Assembly (NCBI GenBank): GCA_965228895.1
Contig: OZ245842.1
Coordinates: forward strand, 832,001-896,000
Reading direction: 5' to 3'
Source: Alphaproteobacteria bacterium
GTDB taxonomy: Bacteria > Pseudomonadota > Alphaproteobacteria > SP197
Length of the DNA: 64,000 nt
Shown: one piece after another, positions 11,867 to 23,335 of the stretch
Position numbering within the stretch: position 1 is the first letter of the stretch
How the letters are laid out: every line of letters starts with the position of its first letter
Position numbers and translations under genes: made by a program
The notes under the pieces: model-generated
The model's input: only the letters and a program-made list of their open reading frames with translations
The model's database searches: none
What the model was told of the DNA's origin: nothing

Positions 11867-14782
11867 ATGGGACAAACCGCCGACCAACTATCCTTTCTCT
11901 ACGGAACCAACAGCAGCTACATCGAAGAGCTGTACGCTCGCTACCTGAACGACCCCAACGCGGTCGACGAGAGCTGGCGGTCGTTTTTCGCCGAACTCAA
12001 CGATGACGAACGATCGGTGCTGGACGAACTTCAGCCGAGCCGCGATGCGCGCAAGATCGCCGATATCGAGTATGGCGATGACCACGATGAATGCCAGGCA
12101 GCACCGCAACCGCAACGGGGCGGTAATGGCGCAGCGGCCGTTCCGTCATGGGCGCCGGCGCCTGTAACCACCGATCCGGGCGTCTCCCACTATGCGGTCG
12201 CGCGCGACAGTATTCGTATCTTGATGATGATCCGCGCCTATCGTGTGCGCGGCCACCTGGCCGCCAACCTCGATCCGCTGGGTCTGGAAGGCGAGCGTCA
12301 TCACCCTGAGCTTGATCCCAAGAGCTACGGCTTTACCGATGACGATCTCGATCGTGAGTTCTTCGTCGACGGTGTGCTGGGTTTCCAGACGGCGACCTTG
12401 CGCGAAATTCTCAATGCGGTGCGCGAGACCTATTGCGGCACCATCGGCGTCGAGTTCATGCATATCCAGAGCCCGCAGGAAAAGGCCTGGATTCAGCGCA
12501 AGTTCGAGGGATCGAGAAGCCGGCCCGAACTGAGCGCCGAGGTCAAGCAGCGGACTCTCAACGAGCTCTATCACTCCGAGGGTTTCGAGAAGTTTCTCAG
12601 TATCAAGTATCCGGGCGCCAAGCGCTTTTCGCTGGAGGGCGCGGAAAGCACGATCCCGGCGATGGAAGCGATCATCCACACCGCCGCCAATCTTGGCGTC
12701 GACGATGTGGTGCTCGGCATGCCCCATCGCGGCCGCCTGAACGTTCTGACCACGGTCATGCGCAAGTCCTACATGGCGGTGTTCTCGGAGTTCCAGGGCG
12801 AGGCCGGCCATCCCGACGCGGTGCAGGGTTCGGGCGACGTCAAGTATCACCTCGGTACCTCGGCTGACCGCGAGCTTGAGAACGGCCGTATGGTGCATTT
12901 GAGCCTGACCGCCAACCCGTCGCATTTGGAGGCGGTCAACCCGGTGGTCGAGGGCAAGGTGCGCGCGAAACAGACGCTCCGTCCGCTCGAAGAACGCAAA
13001 TGCGTCCTGGGTATCCTGCTGCATGGCGACGCCTCGTTTGCCGGGCAGGGCTTGGTTGCCGAGACACTCGGCATGTCGGAGCTGCGCGGCTATCGGACCG
13101 GTGGCACGATCCATATCATCGTGAACAACCAGATCGGTTTTACGACCAGCCCCAGCTTCTCGCGGTCGTCACCCTATCCCTCTGATGTCGCCAAGATGGT
13201 GGCGGCGCCTATCTTCCATGTGAACGGCGATGATCCCGAAGCCGTCATCCATGTTGCGAAACTCGCTGCCGAGTTTCGTCAGGAATTCGGCCGTGATGTC
13301 GTGATCGACATCTTCTGCTATCGCCGCCATGGCCATAACGAGGGCGACGAGCCGGCGTTCACCCAACCGATCATGTACCGCACCATTGCTCAGCACCCGA
13401 CGACCCGTCAGCTTTATACCGAGCGACTGATCACCGAAGGCGCGATGACCGCCAAGCAGGCCGATCAGATGATCCAGGACTTCAACAAGCAGTTGGAGGA
13501 GGATCTGGAGGGGTCCAAGAGCTACAAACCCAACAAGGTCGACTGGCTCGAAGGCGCGTGGTCGGGCATGGAAGTGGCCGAGCGTGACGGTGCACGCCGC
13601 GGCAACACCGCGGTCAAGAAGGAGGAGTTGACGACGGTCGGCATGGCGATCTCGACGCCGCCGGAAGACTTCAACACCAATCGCAAACTGCTACGCATCA
13701 TGGGCCAGCGCCAGAAGATGATCGAGACCGGCGAGGGCATCGATTGGGCTATGGCCGAGGCGCTTGCCTTCGGCACCTTGCTCTATGAAGGCGCCAGTGT
13801 CCGTCTGTCCGGCCAAGACTGCGGGCGCGGCACGTTCAGTCAGCGCCATTCCGTGCTGATCGATCAGATTAACGAGGAGCGCTACATCCCGCTCAACCAC
13901 ATCAGCGACGATCAGGGCCGCTATGAGGTGATCGACAGCATGTTGTCGGAGGCGGGCATCTTGGGTTTCGAGTACGGCTACAGCCTGACCGATCCGAAGT
14001 GCCTGGTGTTGTGGGAGGCGCAGTTCGGCGATTTCTCGAACGGCGCCCAAGTCATCATTGATCAGTTCCTGGCCGCAGGCGAAAGCAAGTGGTTCCGCAT
14101 GTCAGGCCTGGTCATGCTGCTGCCCCACGGTTACGAAGGCCAGGGCCCCGAGCACAGCTCGGCGCGACCGGAACGCTATCTGCAGCTTGCCGCTGAGGAC
14201 AATCTTCAGATTGTCAACTGCACGACGCCGGCGTCCTACTTCCATGTGCTGCGGCGCCAGATGAAACGGAACTTCCGCAAGCCGCTGATCGTCATGACGC
14301 CGAAGTCGTTGTTACGGCACAAGCGTTGCGTTTCGTCGATCGAAGACTTCACGGGCGATACCCAGTTCCACCGCACCCTGTGGGAGCTGGATGACGCGAA
14401 ACGCGGCAAGGACATGAAGCGTGTCGTCATGTGCACGGGCAAGGTCTACTACGACCTCTTGGAGAAACGTGAGGAACTCGGCCTTGACGACGTCACCTTC
14501 ATTCGCCTGGAACAATTGGCGCCGTTCCCGATTGGCGCACTGAAGGAGGCCGTTGACTACTATCCGAACGCGCAGTTCATCTGGTGTCAGGAGGAACCAC
14601 GCAATATGGGCGCGTGGACTTATGTTTCCGACCAGATCGAACAGGAAATGGATGCCCACAAGTCGACCGCCAAGTACCCGCGCTATGTCGGGCGTCCCGA
14701 TGCTGCATCGCCGGCTACCGGTTTCATCAAGGTACACCAGCGCGAACAGGAAGCGCTCGTTATGGAAGCGCTGACCGGATGA
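11867..14782 (+). CDS. sucA: 2-oxoglutarate dehydrogenase E1
   Basis: [39 protein letters not shown]. Confidence 0.97.
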   Translation: MGQTADQLSFLYGTNSSYIEELYARYLNDPNAVDESWRSFFAELNDDERSVLDELQPSRDARKIADIEYGDDHDECQAAPQPQRGGNGAAAVPSWAPAPVTTDPGVSHYAVARDSIRILMMIRAYRVRGHLAANLDPLGLEGERHHPELDPKSYGFTDDDLDREFFVDGVLGFQTATLREILNAVRETYCGTIGVEFMHIQSPQEKAWIQRKFEGSRSRPELSAEVKQRTLNELYHSEGFEKFLSIKYPGAKRFSLEGAESTIPAMEAIIHTAANLGVDDVVLGMPHRGRLNVLTTVMRKSYMAVFSEFQGEAGHPDAVQGSGDVKYHLGTSADRELENGRMVHLSLTANPSHLEAVNPVVEGKVRAKQTLRPLEERKCVLGILLHGDASFAGQGLVAETLGMSELRGYRTGGTIHIIVNNQIGFTTSPSFSRSSPYPSDVAKMVAAPIFHVNGDDPEAVIHVAKLAAEFRQEFGRDVVIDIFCYRRHGHNEGDEPAFTQPIMYRTIAQHPTTRQLYTERLITEGAMTAKQADQMIQDFNKQLEEDLEGSKSYKPNKVDWLEGAWSGMEVAERDGARRGNTAVKKEELTTVGMAISTPPEDFNTNRKLLRIMGQRQKMIETGEGIDWAMAEALAFGTLLYEGASVRLSGQDCGRGTFSQRHSVLIDQINEERYIPLNHISDDQGRYEVIDSMLSEAGILGFEYGYSLTDPKCLVLWEAQFGDFSNGAQVIIDQFLAAGESKWFRMSGLVMLLPHGYEGQGPEHSSARPERYLQLAAEDNLQIVNCTTPASYFHVLRRQMKRNFRKPLIVMTPKSLLRHKRCVSSIEDFTGDTQFHRTLWELDDAKRGKDMKRVVMCTGKVYYDLLEKREELGLDDVTFIRLEQLAPFPIGALKEAVDYYPNAQFIWCQEEPRNMGAWTYVSDQIEQEMDAHKSTAKYPRYVGRPDAASPATGFIKVHQREQEALVMEALTG

Positions 14783-14819
14783 CGGTGGGCGTCCGCTTTA
14801 TCGCCAGAGGACAGGCACG

Positions 14820-16121
14820 ATGACAGTCGACATCACGGTTCCACAGCTTGGTGAGTCGGTGACGGAGGCGACGGTCGCCAACTGGTTCAAGAAGCAGGGT
14901 GACGCCGTCAAGATGGACGAAGCCTTGGTGGAATTGGAGACCGACAAGGTCACCATGGAGGTCTATGCGCCGGCCGACGGCGTGCTGGCCGAAGTCGTTG
15001 CCGATGAAGGCGCCGATGTCGAGGTGGGTGCTTTGTTGGCGCGACTCAACGAGGGTGCGGCAGGTGCCGCGTCAGCAGAAGAAGCGCCGGCTGACGCGCC
15101 TGCTGCGGAGGAGCCTGCCGCCGCGCCAGCCGCGGCCGAACCGGCGGTTGAGGAGAGCAAGGCCAATGGCGCCGACCTGCCGTTGTCACCGGCGGTCAGC
15201 AAGCTGATCGAAGAGAACAACCTTGATCCCAGCGCCATAAAGGGTACCGGCAAGGACGGTCGCCTGCTGAAAGGCGATGTGCTGGCGTTCATGGAGACCA
15301 AGGAAAGCGCGCCGGCAACGGCGCCGAAGGCCGATGAAGCAGCGCCTGCGGCAGCCGCGCCGGCAGCCGCCGCACCGCAAAAGACGAAGACGGTCGTACC
15401 GCCGACGCCGGCTGACCCCGAAGGCCGGGAAAAGCGCGTCAAGATGACGCGGCTGCGCCGCAGCATCGCCGAGCGCCTGAAGGCTGCTCAGGACAACGCG
15501 GCCATGCTGACGACCTTTAACGAGGTCGACATGTCAGCCGTGATGGCGGCGCGCAAGGAATACCGCGACCGCTTCGAAAAGAAGCACGGCGTGCGCCTGG
15601 GCTTCATGTCGTTTTTTGTTAAAGCTGCGGTCCAGGCACTGAAGGACATTCCCGCGGTCAACGGCGAGATCGCGGGCGATGAGATCGTCTACAAATACTA
15701 CTACAATATTGGCGTTGCCGTGAGTTCGCCGCAGGGCCTGATCGTGCCGGTGCTGCGCGATGCCGACCAGATGTCGTTTGCCGGCGTCGAACAGACGATC
15801 AATGAGATGGGCCGCAAGGCGCGCGAGGGGGAGCTGACGACGAACGATTTGATCGGCGGTACGTTCACCATATCAAACGGCGGCATCTTCGGTTCCATGA
15901 TGTCGACGCCGATCCTCAATCCTCCTCAGTCGGCTATTCTGGGTATGCACAAGATCCAGGAACGCCCCATGGTGGTGGATGGTGCCATCGAAGCGCGCCC
16001 GATGATGTATCTGGCGCTGAGCTACGATCACCGCATCATCGATGGCCGCGAAGCCGTCACCTTCCTGGTGCGCATCAAAGACGCGATTGAAGATCCCCAG
16101 CGCCTGCTGCTGGACATCTGA
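14820..16121 (+). CDS. sucB: Dihydrolipoamide succinyltransferase E2
   Basis: Lipoyl ETDKV, E3-binding GTGKDGRL, catalytic DHRIIDG. Confidence 0.97.
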   Translation: MTVDITVPQLGESVTEATVANWFKKQGDAVKMDEALVELETDKVTMEVYAPADGVLAEVVADEGADVEVGALLARLNEGAAGAASAEEAPADAPAAEEPAAAPAAAEPAVEESKANGADLPLSPAVSKLIEENNLDPSAIKGTGKDGRLLKGDVLAFMETKESAPATAPKADEAAPAAAAPAAAAPQKTKTVVPPTPADPEGREKRVKMTRLRRSIAERLKAAQDNAAMLTTFNEVDMSAVMAARKEYRDRFEKKHGVRLGFMSFFVKAAVQALKDIPAVNGEIAGDEIVYKYYYNIGVAVSSPQGLIVPVLRDADQMSFAGVEQTINEMGRKAREGELTTNDLIGGTFTISNGGIFGSMMSTPILNPPQSAILGMHKIQERPMVVDGAIEARPMMYLALSYDHRIIDGREAVTFLVRIKDAIEDPQRLLLDI

Positions 16122-16298
16122 CCGACCGCAAAGCCGCCCAAACACGTGGCAATGCGCGGATTCCGCGCACAATGCCGATCATGGCCAATAACCGCTTCCG
16201 CTCTGGTCTGCCGGCAATCGCCACGTGTCGGCTCTGGTGTGGATCATGGCGCCAAGGCCGGGTATGACTCGACAGAAGACGCGGAGGGATGAAGTGCC

Positions 16299-17705
16299 AT
16301 GAGCGAACAAGAGTTCGACGTCGTTGTCGTTGGTGCCGGACCGGCTGGTTATGTCGGCGCCATTCGTTGCGCGCAGTTGGGCCTGAAGACGGCGGTGGTC
16401 GAAAAGCGCAAGACGCTAGGCGGCACATGCCTGAATGTAGGCTGCATTCCTTCCAAGGCCCTTCTGCAGTCGTCCGAGCTCTATGAGCAGACAGCCGCGC
16501 ATCTGGGACACCACGGCATTGCCGTGAAAGGCGTCGACCTTGACCTCGCGACCATGATGAAGCGCAAGGACAAGGTCGTGGATACGCTGACCAAAGGTGT
16601 CGCGGGCCTGTTCAAGAAGAACAAGATCACGACGTTCTACGGCGCGGCAAGCCTGACCGGCAAGCAGACGGTCGCGGTTGCCGATGACGGCGAAAGCCAT
16701 ACCTTGAAGGCCAAGAACATCATCATCGCGACGGGATCGGAACCGGTCAGCCTGCCGGGTATCGAGATCGACGAAGAACGCGTCGTGTCGTCGACCGGTG
16801 CGCTGGCGCTCAATCACGTGCCCAAGCACATGATCGTCATCGGCGCCGGCTACATTGGTCTGGAAATGGGCTCGGTCTGGCGGCGCCTGGGTAGCGACGT
16901 CACCGTCATCGAGTTTCTCGATCGCATCACGCCGACCATGGATGGCGATGTCGCCAAGGAGTTCCAGAAACTCCTGAAGCGCCAGGGCATGACGTTCCGT
17001 CTTGGCACCAAGGTTACCGGTGTCGAGGCAACGAAGAATGGGTTGAAGGTTCAGGTCGAACCGGCCGATGGCGGCACCGGCGAAACCGTCGAATGCGACG
17101 TGGTTCTGGTTGCCGTCGGCCGTCGCGCCTATACGGCCGGCCTTGGTCTTGAAGACGTTGGCGTTGTGCTCGACAGCCGCGGCATGGTCGAAATCGATGA
17201 TCACTTCCGGACCAATATCGATGGCATCTACGCGATCGGCGATTGTGTGCGCGGGCCCATGTTGGCGCACAAAGGCGAGGACGAAGGCGTCGCCGTCGCC
17301 GAGATCGTTGCCGGCCAGGCGGGCCACGTGAACTACAACGTCATTCCCGGCGTGGTCTATACCGACCCGGAAGCCGCCGGTGTCGGCAAGACCGAGGAAG
17401 AGCTGAAGGCCGATGGTGTCGACTACGTCGCCGGCATGTTCCCGTTCCTGGCCAACAGCCGGGCGCGTACCTATGACCAGACAGCGGGCTTCGTTAAGAT
17501 ACTTGCCGATGCCAAGACCGACCGGGTGCTTGGTGTGCACATCATCGGCGCCAACGCCGGCGAGCTGATCGCCGAGGCGGCGGTGGCGATGGAGTTCGGC
17601 GGTTCAGCCGAAGACATCGCGCGCACCTGCCATGCACACCCGACGTTCTCCGAAGCGGTCAAGGAAGCTGCCTTGGCGGTCGGCAAACGCGCTATTCACA
17701 TTTAA
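16299..17705 (+). CDS. lpdA: Dihydrolipoyl dehydrogenase
   Basis: GAGPAG, GGTCLNVGCIPSK, HPTFSE. Confidence 0.97.
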   Translation: MSEQEFDVVVVGAGPAGYVGAIRCAQLGLKTAVVEKRKTLGGTCLNVGCIPSKALLQSSELYEQTAAHLGHHGIAVKGVDLDLATMMKRKDKVVDTLTKGVAGLFKKNKITTFYGAASLTGKQTVAVADDGESHTLKAKNIIIATGSEPVSLPGIEIDEERVVSSTGALALNHVPKHMIVIGAGYIGLEMGSVWRRLGSDVTVIEFLDRITPTMDGDVAKEFQKLLKRQGMTFRLGTKVTGVEATKNGLKVQVEPADGGTGETVECDVVLVAVGRRAYTAGLGLEDVGVVLDSRGMVEIDDHFRTNIDGIYAIGDCVRGPMLAHKGEDEGVAVAEIVAGQAGHVNYNVIPGVVYTDPEAAGVGKTEEELKADGVDYVAGMFPFLANSRARTYDQTAGFVKILADAKTDRVLGVHIIGANAGELIAEAAVAMEFGGSAEDIARTCHAHPTFSEAVKEAALAVGKRAIHI

Positions 17706-17722
17706 TGTCTTAGGAGGCGGTC

Positions 17723-19729
17723 ATGCGCCTGAAAACCATACTTATCGCCCTTGTTGGCCTGGTCGTCGCGGTTGTCGTCGGCCTCGTCATCGCGGTAGCC
17801 ACGGTCGATCCCAACGACTATCGCGAGGATATTCAACAAGCCGTTCATGACGCGACGGGGCGCCAGCTTACCCTTGGCGGTGATCTGGAACTTGGGATCT
17901 CGCTCTCCCCGACCATCGTCGCCAAGCAGATTGCCCTGTCGAATGCCGACTGGGGTACCGAGCCCGAGATGATGAAGGCCAAGGAGCTCGACATCAAAGT
18001 CGCGCTTTTGCCGTTGATCAGCGGCGACATCCACATCGTGAGTTTTATGCTTGATGGCGCCGAGATCCTGCTGGAGACCAACAGCGACGGGGTCGGCAAC
18101 TGGCAGTTCGGTGCGCAAGAGGCCGACGACGAGGTGGCGACCGACAAGATGCTGCTGCCGCGCATCGACAGCCTCACGATCAGCGATGCGAAGTTCACCT
18201 ACCTCGATGGCGAAACCGGTGAGAAGCGTAGTGTCGACGTTGAGACCATCCAGCTGAGCACGGACTCGCCCTCGGGTCCCCTCAACGTCGATGTCAAGGC
18301 GACCTCGGATGACGAGGGGCTGACGGTCAGCGGTGTCGCGGGCAGCCTGGACGCGCTGATGGGTAACGACTCAGCGCCCGTCGATCTGTCTATCGCTGCC
18401 TACGGCGTGACAATGACGCTCAAGGGCACGGTGGCCGACGTGTCGTCGGCGCCCCAGCTCGACCTTGATCTAGACGTCGCCAGCGACGATCCGTCCAAGG
18501 CGGCGGATGTGGCCGGCATCACCCTGCCTTTCGATGGTGCCATCAAAGTTGTGGGCCATATCAAGGGAACACCCGAAACCTTCGACCTGACGGGGTTAAC
18601 GGCCGATGCCGCCGGTATCAAGGCAACGGGCGATATCTCGGTCGATCAGTCCGGCGACCGCCCGTCTGTCAGCGGCAAACTGGCGATCGATACGCTCGAC
18701 GTCTCGGCGTTTGGTGGCGCTGACGGAGAAGCATCGTCCGGATCGTCGGACAAGGTCTTCCCGTCCGACCCGTTGCCCGTCGATGGTCTGAAGGCGGTTG
18801 ACGCGGATATCGAGGTAACGATCACGACGCTCAAGACGCCGGTCATGGTCGCCAGCAATGTCGTGGTGCCGATCAAGCTTGCTTCCGGCGACCTCAAGAT
18901 CGACGGCATGACGGCGACGGTTGCCGAAAGCAGTGTTTCATCGTCGCTCGACCTCAATGCCAGTTCGTCGACACCCGCCATGGTGCTGAAACTGGACGCC
19001 TCAAACTTGAACGTCGGCAAGATGCTGAAAGAGGCCGACGTCACCGAAATGTTGTCGGGTACCGGAGACCTCAAGGTCGAGGTCAACGGTCAGGGCGAGT
19101 CGATCGCGGCGATCATGGCGTCACTCGGTGGTGATGCCTCGCTCCTCATGGAAGGCGGTTCCCTGGACGCCGGCAGTCTGTCGCTTCTGATGGGTGGCAC
19201 CAACGCGCTGGTCGGCACCATGTTCGCCAGCGGTTCAGAAGCGGCATCGCTCAACTGTCTTGCGATCGATTACGACATCAAGGACGGCATAGCCGAGCAG
19301 AAGGTTTTCCTGGTCGACACCCAGTTTTCGACTTTGGTGGGTGAAGGGTCAATCGACCTGGGCAAGGAAACGATTGACCTCCTGATTACGCCGAAATCAA
19401 AGGGCGTGTCGCTCAGCGTCGCCGTACCGGTTCGGGTCGGCGGAACGTTGGCATCGCCAAGCTTTACGCCTGACGAAGCGGCCCTGGCGCTCAAGGTCGG
19501 TGGTCTGCTGGGCGCGACACTGTTTCCACCTGCGCTCCTGCTCAGCCTTGGCGATCTCGGCGGCGGCGACCACGGCTGCGTCACCGCCAACGCCAATACA
19601 GACGGCTCGGGCGACAGCGGTGGCGGCGTCGCCGGTGAGGCCGGTGAGGTGGTCGACGATGCGGCCGGCGCCGTCGGCGATGCGGTTGACGACATCGGCA
19701 ACGAGATCGATAGCCTGTTCGGCGACTGA
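17723..19729 (+). CDS. AsmA family protein
   Basis: N-terminal TM then DPNDYR...ATGR.L...G, LSNADW; beta-rich body; VPVRVGGTLASP. Confidence 0.85.
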   Translation: MRLKTILIALVGLVVAVVVGLVIAVATVDPNDYREDIQQAVHDATGRQLTLGGDLELGISLSPTIVAKQIALSNADWGTEPEMMKAKELDIKVALLPLISGDIHIVSFMLDGAEILLETNSDGVGNWQFGAQEADDEVATDKMLLPRIDSLTISDAKFTYLDGETGEKRSVDVETIQLSTDSPSGPLNVDVKATSDDEGLTVSGVAGSLDALMGNDSAPVDLSIAAYGVTMTLKGTVADVSSAPQLDLDLDVASDDPSKAADVAGITLPFDGAIKVVGHIKGTPETFDLTGLTADAAGIKATGDISVDQSGDRPSVSGKLAIDTLDVSAFGGADGEASSGSSDKVFPSDPLPVDGLKAVDADIEVTITTLKTPVMVASNVVVPIKLASGDLKIDGMTATVAESSVSSSLDLNASSSTPAMVLKLDASNLNVGKMLKEADVTEMLSGTGDLKVEVNGQGESIAAIMASLGGDASLLMEGGSLDAGSLSLLMGGTNALVGTMFASGSEAASLNCLAIDYDIKDGIAEQKVFLVDTQFSTLVGEGSIDLGKETIDLLITPKSKGVSLSVAVPVRVGGTLASPSFTPDEAALALKVGGLLGATLFPPALLLSLGDLGGGDHGCVTANANTDGSGDSGGGVAGEAGEVVDDAAGAVGDAVDDIGNEIDSLFGD

Positions 19730-19743
19730 CAGCCGGGCACGTC

Positions 19744-20961
19744 ATGTTCCGAAATCTGCGGCCGGTAACACTGGTCGCGGTCATGTGTGTCATCCAGGTG
19801 CTCGGCATGACGGGCTTTGCGACCTACTGGTCGCTTCAGCCGATCCTGCAACCGGCCTGGGCGCTTTCCAACGAACAAGCCGGGTGGATTAGCGGGACTC
19901 TGTTCGCCGGCTACATGGTGGCGGTGCCGCTGTTGGCCGCGATCACCGACCGCGTCGACGCCCGGCTGATCGTTCTGATCGGCATGGCTTTCGCCGCGCT
20001 GGGCCTGATCGGCTTCGGATTGTTCGCCGAAGGTTTCTGGGGTGCGATCCTGTGGCGTTTTGTCGCCGGCATTGGCCTGGCCGGTACCTACATGCCCGGC
20101 CTGCGCGCCCTTACCGATCGCATCAGCGATCGGCTGCAGGCACGTGCGGTTGCTTTCTATACGTCGTCGTTCAGCATCGGGTCGGCGGTGTCATACATGC
20201 TTGCCGGTTATGCGTTGGAGCTGGCGGGCTGGCGCATGGCTTTTTTGATCGCAGCCTTGGGACCGATCATCGGCGGCGCGCTGCTGTGGCTCTGCCTGGC
20301 GCCGCGAAGCATCGAGATGACGGCGAAACCGGCAACCCATCTGCTCGACTTTCGCCCGGTCTTCGCGGACCGGCATGTGATGGGTTATGTCCTTGCCTAT
20401 GCCGGTCACACGGCGGAACTGTTCGCCATGCGCTCCTGGCTGGTGCCGTTCCTGGTCTTCAGCGCAGCGATAGGGCCGACGATCGGCCGCTCGGACGTCG
20501 ACGCGACCGTGATGGCGACGTTGGTTTCGTTGATCGCGGTCGTTTCCAGTGTCGGCGGCAACGAAATCGCCATGCGTGTCGGACGCCGCCGCTTCGTGTT
20601 GGCGGCACTCGGGATTTCGTTTGTCGTCAGTTTGGTCGTCGGGTTTTCCGCGGCGCTGCCGTTCTGGGTCGCTGTCGTCGCGTGCATGGTCTATGCCCTG
20701 ACCATCCAGGCGGACTCAGCGTCGATTACTGCCGGTGCGGTCGCCGCGGCGCCACCGGGTTATCGGGGCGCGACGCTGGCGGTGCACTCGACATTCGGCT
20801 TCGGTGCCGCCTTCCTGTCGCCGACCTTGGTCGGCGTGGTCCTGGACAGTGCCGGTGGTGCTATCACGGTCACCACCTGGGCGTTCGCCTTTGCCACCAT
20901 GGGCGCCATGGGTTTGGTTGGTTTGGCCGCGCTTCTGCTTCTGGGCCGGCGCAGAACTTAG
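19744..20961 (+). CDS. MFS transporter
   Basis: About 12 hydrophobic helices; TDRVDAR and RVGRRR loop motifs. Confidence 0.9.
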   Translation: MFRNLRPVTLVAVMCVIQVLGMTGFATYWSLQPILQPAWALSNEQAGWISGTLFAGYMVAVPLLAAITDRVDARLIVLIGMAFAALGLIGFGLFAEGFWGAILWRFVAGIGLAGTYMPGLRALTDRISDRLQARAVAFYTSSFSIGSAVSYMLAGYALELAGWRMAFLIAALGPIIGGALLWLCLAPRSIEMTAKPATHLLDFRPVFADRHVMGYVLAYAGHTAELFAMRSWLVPFLVFSAAIGPTIGRSDVDATVMATLVSLIAVVSSVGGNEIAMRVGRRRFVLAALGISFVVSLVVGFSAALPFWVAVVACMVYALTIQADSASITAGAVAAAPPGYRGATLAVHSTFGFGAAFLSPTLVGVVLDSAGGAITVTTWAFAFATMGAMGLVGLAALLLLGRRRT

Positions 20962-21848
20962 GCGCGCGGGTGCGCGTTGCGGTAAATTTTCATTAGGTTG
21001 TCGGCGTCGACATCGGTGTAGCGCTGCGTCGTCGAAAGGCTGGCATGGCCCAGCAGTTCCTGGATCGTGCGCAGATCGGCGCCGCCCCCCAGCAGATGGG
21101 TCGCGAAACTGTGCCGCATCGCATGCGGTGTCGCGGTGGCGGGTAATCCTAGCGCGGCGCGCAAGTGGCGGAACCGTCGTTGCACAACACCGGCCTGCAG
21201 GCACTTTCCGCGAACGCCGACGAACAGCGGCTGGGCCTTGTCGCCGGCAAACGGGCGGCGTTCCAGGTAGTCGTCCAGCGCCTCGCGGACCACAGGCAGC
21301 AAGGGCACCAACCGTTCCTTATCGCCCTTGCCGCGAACGACCAGGATATCCCGGCCGTCATTCACCTGGCCGATGGTGAGGCCCAGAACCTCACCGATGC
21401 GCATGCCGCAGCCATACATCAACAGCATGATCGCGACATCGCGGGCGGCGACCCAGGGTTCATCGGTCAGTGTCTCGGCCAGCTCGACCATCTCGCCGGC
21501 TTCCGCTTCGTTAAGCGGGCGCGGCACTTGGCGGGGCAGGCGGGGCGAGCGCACCGCGCCAATCGCAGCGTTCGCGACCAGGCCTTCGCGCTCAAGAAAA
21601 CGGAAGAAGCCGCGCACGGTCGACAGCGCCCGCGCCGTCGACGTCTTGGCGCGCCCATCCCGGCTGCGCTTGGCGAGCCAGGCGCGGAAATCGGCCGGAC
21701 TGAGCATCGCCAACGTGGCAAAATCGGGCTCGGCGCCTTGGTGCTCGATCAGGAAGGCGAGGAACTGGGTGAGATCGGTTTGGTAGGCCTGGACCGTGTG
21801 GTCTGACGCGCGGCGTTCGTCGTTCAGACGATCGCGCCACAGGCGCAC
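20958..21848 (-). CDS. xerC: Tyrosine recombinase XerC (start may be CTG at 21881)
   Basis: YGCGMRIGE, GKGDKER, TPHAMRHSFATHLL, LGHASLSTTQRYT; downstream of a DUF484 gene. Confidence 0.92.
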   Translation of the reverse strand: MRLWRDRLNDERRASDHTVQAYQTDLTQFLAFLIEHQGAEPDFATLAMLSPADFRAWLAKRSRDGRAKTSTARALSTVRGFFRFLEREGLVANAAIGAVRSPRLPRQVPRPLNEAEAGEMVELAETLTDEPWVAARDVAIMLLMYGCGMRIGEVLGLTIGQVNDGRDILVVRGKGDKERLVPLLPVVREALDDYLERRPFAGDKAQPLFVGVRGKCLQAGVVQRRFRHLRAALGLPATATPHAMRHSFATHLLGGGADLRTIQELLGHASLSTTQRYTDVDADNLMKIYRNAHPRA

Positions 21849-21877
21849 CGCCTCGTCCAGATCGTGGGGCCGCCCGG

Positions 21878-22597
21878 TCAGATGCGCAGGCCCAGTTTCT
21901 TGCGCAGGCAGCGGTCGAGCATCATGGCCAGGAAACGGTAAAGCTCGACCGGGTCGCCGGCACAGAAGTGATCGTCACGCCGCGAGCCCAACGCCAGAAT
22001 GCCGTTGGGCAGGTCGGCTTCGCCGCCGAAGCGCGCGAGCGCCTCGGACCGAACGAGTGGCGCGGCGCCCGCAAAAAGACGCTCATCAGCATCGTCGGTC
22101 GTGCGCAGGATGACGTCGCGATCGTCTTGCATGATGTCCATCACCGTGCCCGGTGTCAGACAGCGCACACCGGCCGTCATCCTGGCGGCGCCGTGAATGG
22201 CTTCGGTTTCGACACACAGATTGACAACATCGACGCCGAGCAGGATCGAAACATCGGCGTTGACGATCTCGACCAGGTGATCCAGATCGACCGCGCTCAT
22301 CAATGTCAGCGATGCCGCGTGGACGCGGTCTTGCAGGGAGCGGTGCCGGCGCGTGCGCTCGACCAGGGCACCTTGCGCTTCACGCATGTCGTCCTTGTCG
22401 GCCTTCAACCGGTCGATCAGGAAGACCTGCCAGTCGGCGACGTTGTCGCCGAGGTCGCGCGACGGCGCGGCGATCTGACGCAGCAACTCAGGCCGTTGTG
22501 CCAGGAAGTCAGGATGATCGCGAAGAAACCGTTCGACACGTTCCGGCGTCACGTCGTCCGCTTCGTTGAGCCTGGCGCTATCCGGTTTTGTGTCCAT
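21878..22597 (-). CDS. DUF484 family protein
   Basis: V..FLRDHPDFL..RPELL, LALGSR; conserved position before xerC. Confidence 0.85.
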   Translation of the reverse strand: MDTKPDSARLNEADDVTPERVERFLRDHPDFLAQRPELLRQIAAPSRDLGDNVADWQVFLIDRLKADKDDMREAQGALVERTRRHRSLQDRVHAASLTLMSAVDLDHLVEIVNADVSILLGVDVVNLCVETEAIHGAARMTAGVRCLTPGTVMDIMQDDRDVILRTTDDADERLFAGAAPLVRSEALARFGGEADLPNGILALGSRRDDHFCAGDPVELYRFLAMMLDRCLRKKLGLRI

Positions 22598-22613
22598 GGT
22601 CCCTTCCTGTGAC

Positions 22614-23270
22614 CTATAAAATCGCCTGACCTGTCTTCTGCCAGTCAGCCAAGAAGGCTGCGAGGCCCTTGTCGGTCAGGGTGTGACCGGCCAACTTCCG
22701 CAACACGTCCGGCGGAACGGTCGCGACGTCGGCACCGATCATGGCCGCCTGTTTGACATGCATCGGTGACCGGATTGAGGCGACCAGGATCTCCGTATCG
22801 ATATGGGCATAGTTGTCGTAGATCGTTTTGATCTCGGCGATCAACTCCATGCCGTCATGGCCGATGTCGTCCAGGCGGCCGACAAAGGGCGAGATGAAAC
22901 TGGCCCCGGCCTTGGCTGCCAGGAGTGCCTGGTTGGCGGAGAAACAAAGTGTCACGTTGACCTTGGTGCCATGCTGCGAAATTGCCCGGCAGGCCTTCAG
23001 GCCGTCCCAGGTCAACGGCACCTTGATGGTGACGTTCTCGGCGACCTTGGCAAGTTTCTTGCCCTCCGCGATCATACCATCGGCATCGGTCGCGGTGACT
23101 TCCGCACTGACCGGCCCGGCGACGACCGAACAGATTTCTTTTAAGACCTCCATGAAATCGCCGCCCGATTTGGCGATAAGCGACGGGTTGGTGGTCACAC
23201 CGTCCAGGAGTCCGGTATCGGCGAGATCGCGGATCTCCGCCACATCGGCTGTATCAACAAAGAACTTCAT
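22614..23270 (-). CDS. tal: Short transaldolase (TalC/FSA family)
   Basis: [19 protein letters not shown] Schiff-base Lys, SPFVGR (Phe indicates transaldolase type). Confidence 0.9.
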   Translation of the reverse strand: MKFFVDTADVAEIRDLADTGLLDGVTTNPSLIAKSGGDFMEVLKEICSVVAGPVSAEVTATDADGMIAEGKKLAKVAENVTIKVPLTWDGLKACRAISQHGTKVNVTLCFSANQALLAAKAGASFISPFVGRLDDIGHDGMELIAEIKTIYDNYAHIDTEILVASIRSPMHVKQAAMIGADVATVPPDVLRKLAGHTLTDKGLAAFLADWQKTGQAIL

Positions 23271-23335
23271 GGGCTTTTATAGCACTCCCTTCCGGGCTGG
23301 ACGAATGAACGGCATTTGATGTCAAAGTGTAGCGG

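Noticed and set aside
20958-21848. Tyrosine recombinase as a mobile-element integrase
   Set aside because: Sequence and DUF484 context indicate housekeeping XerC
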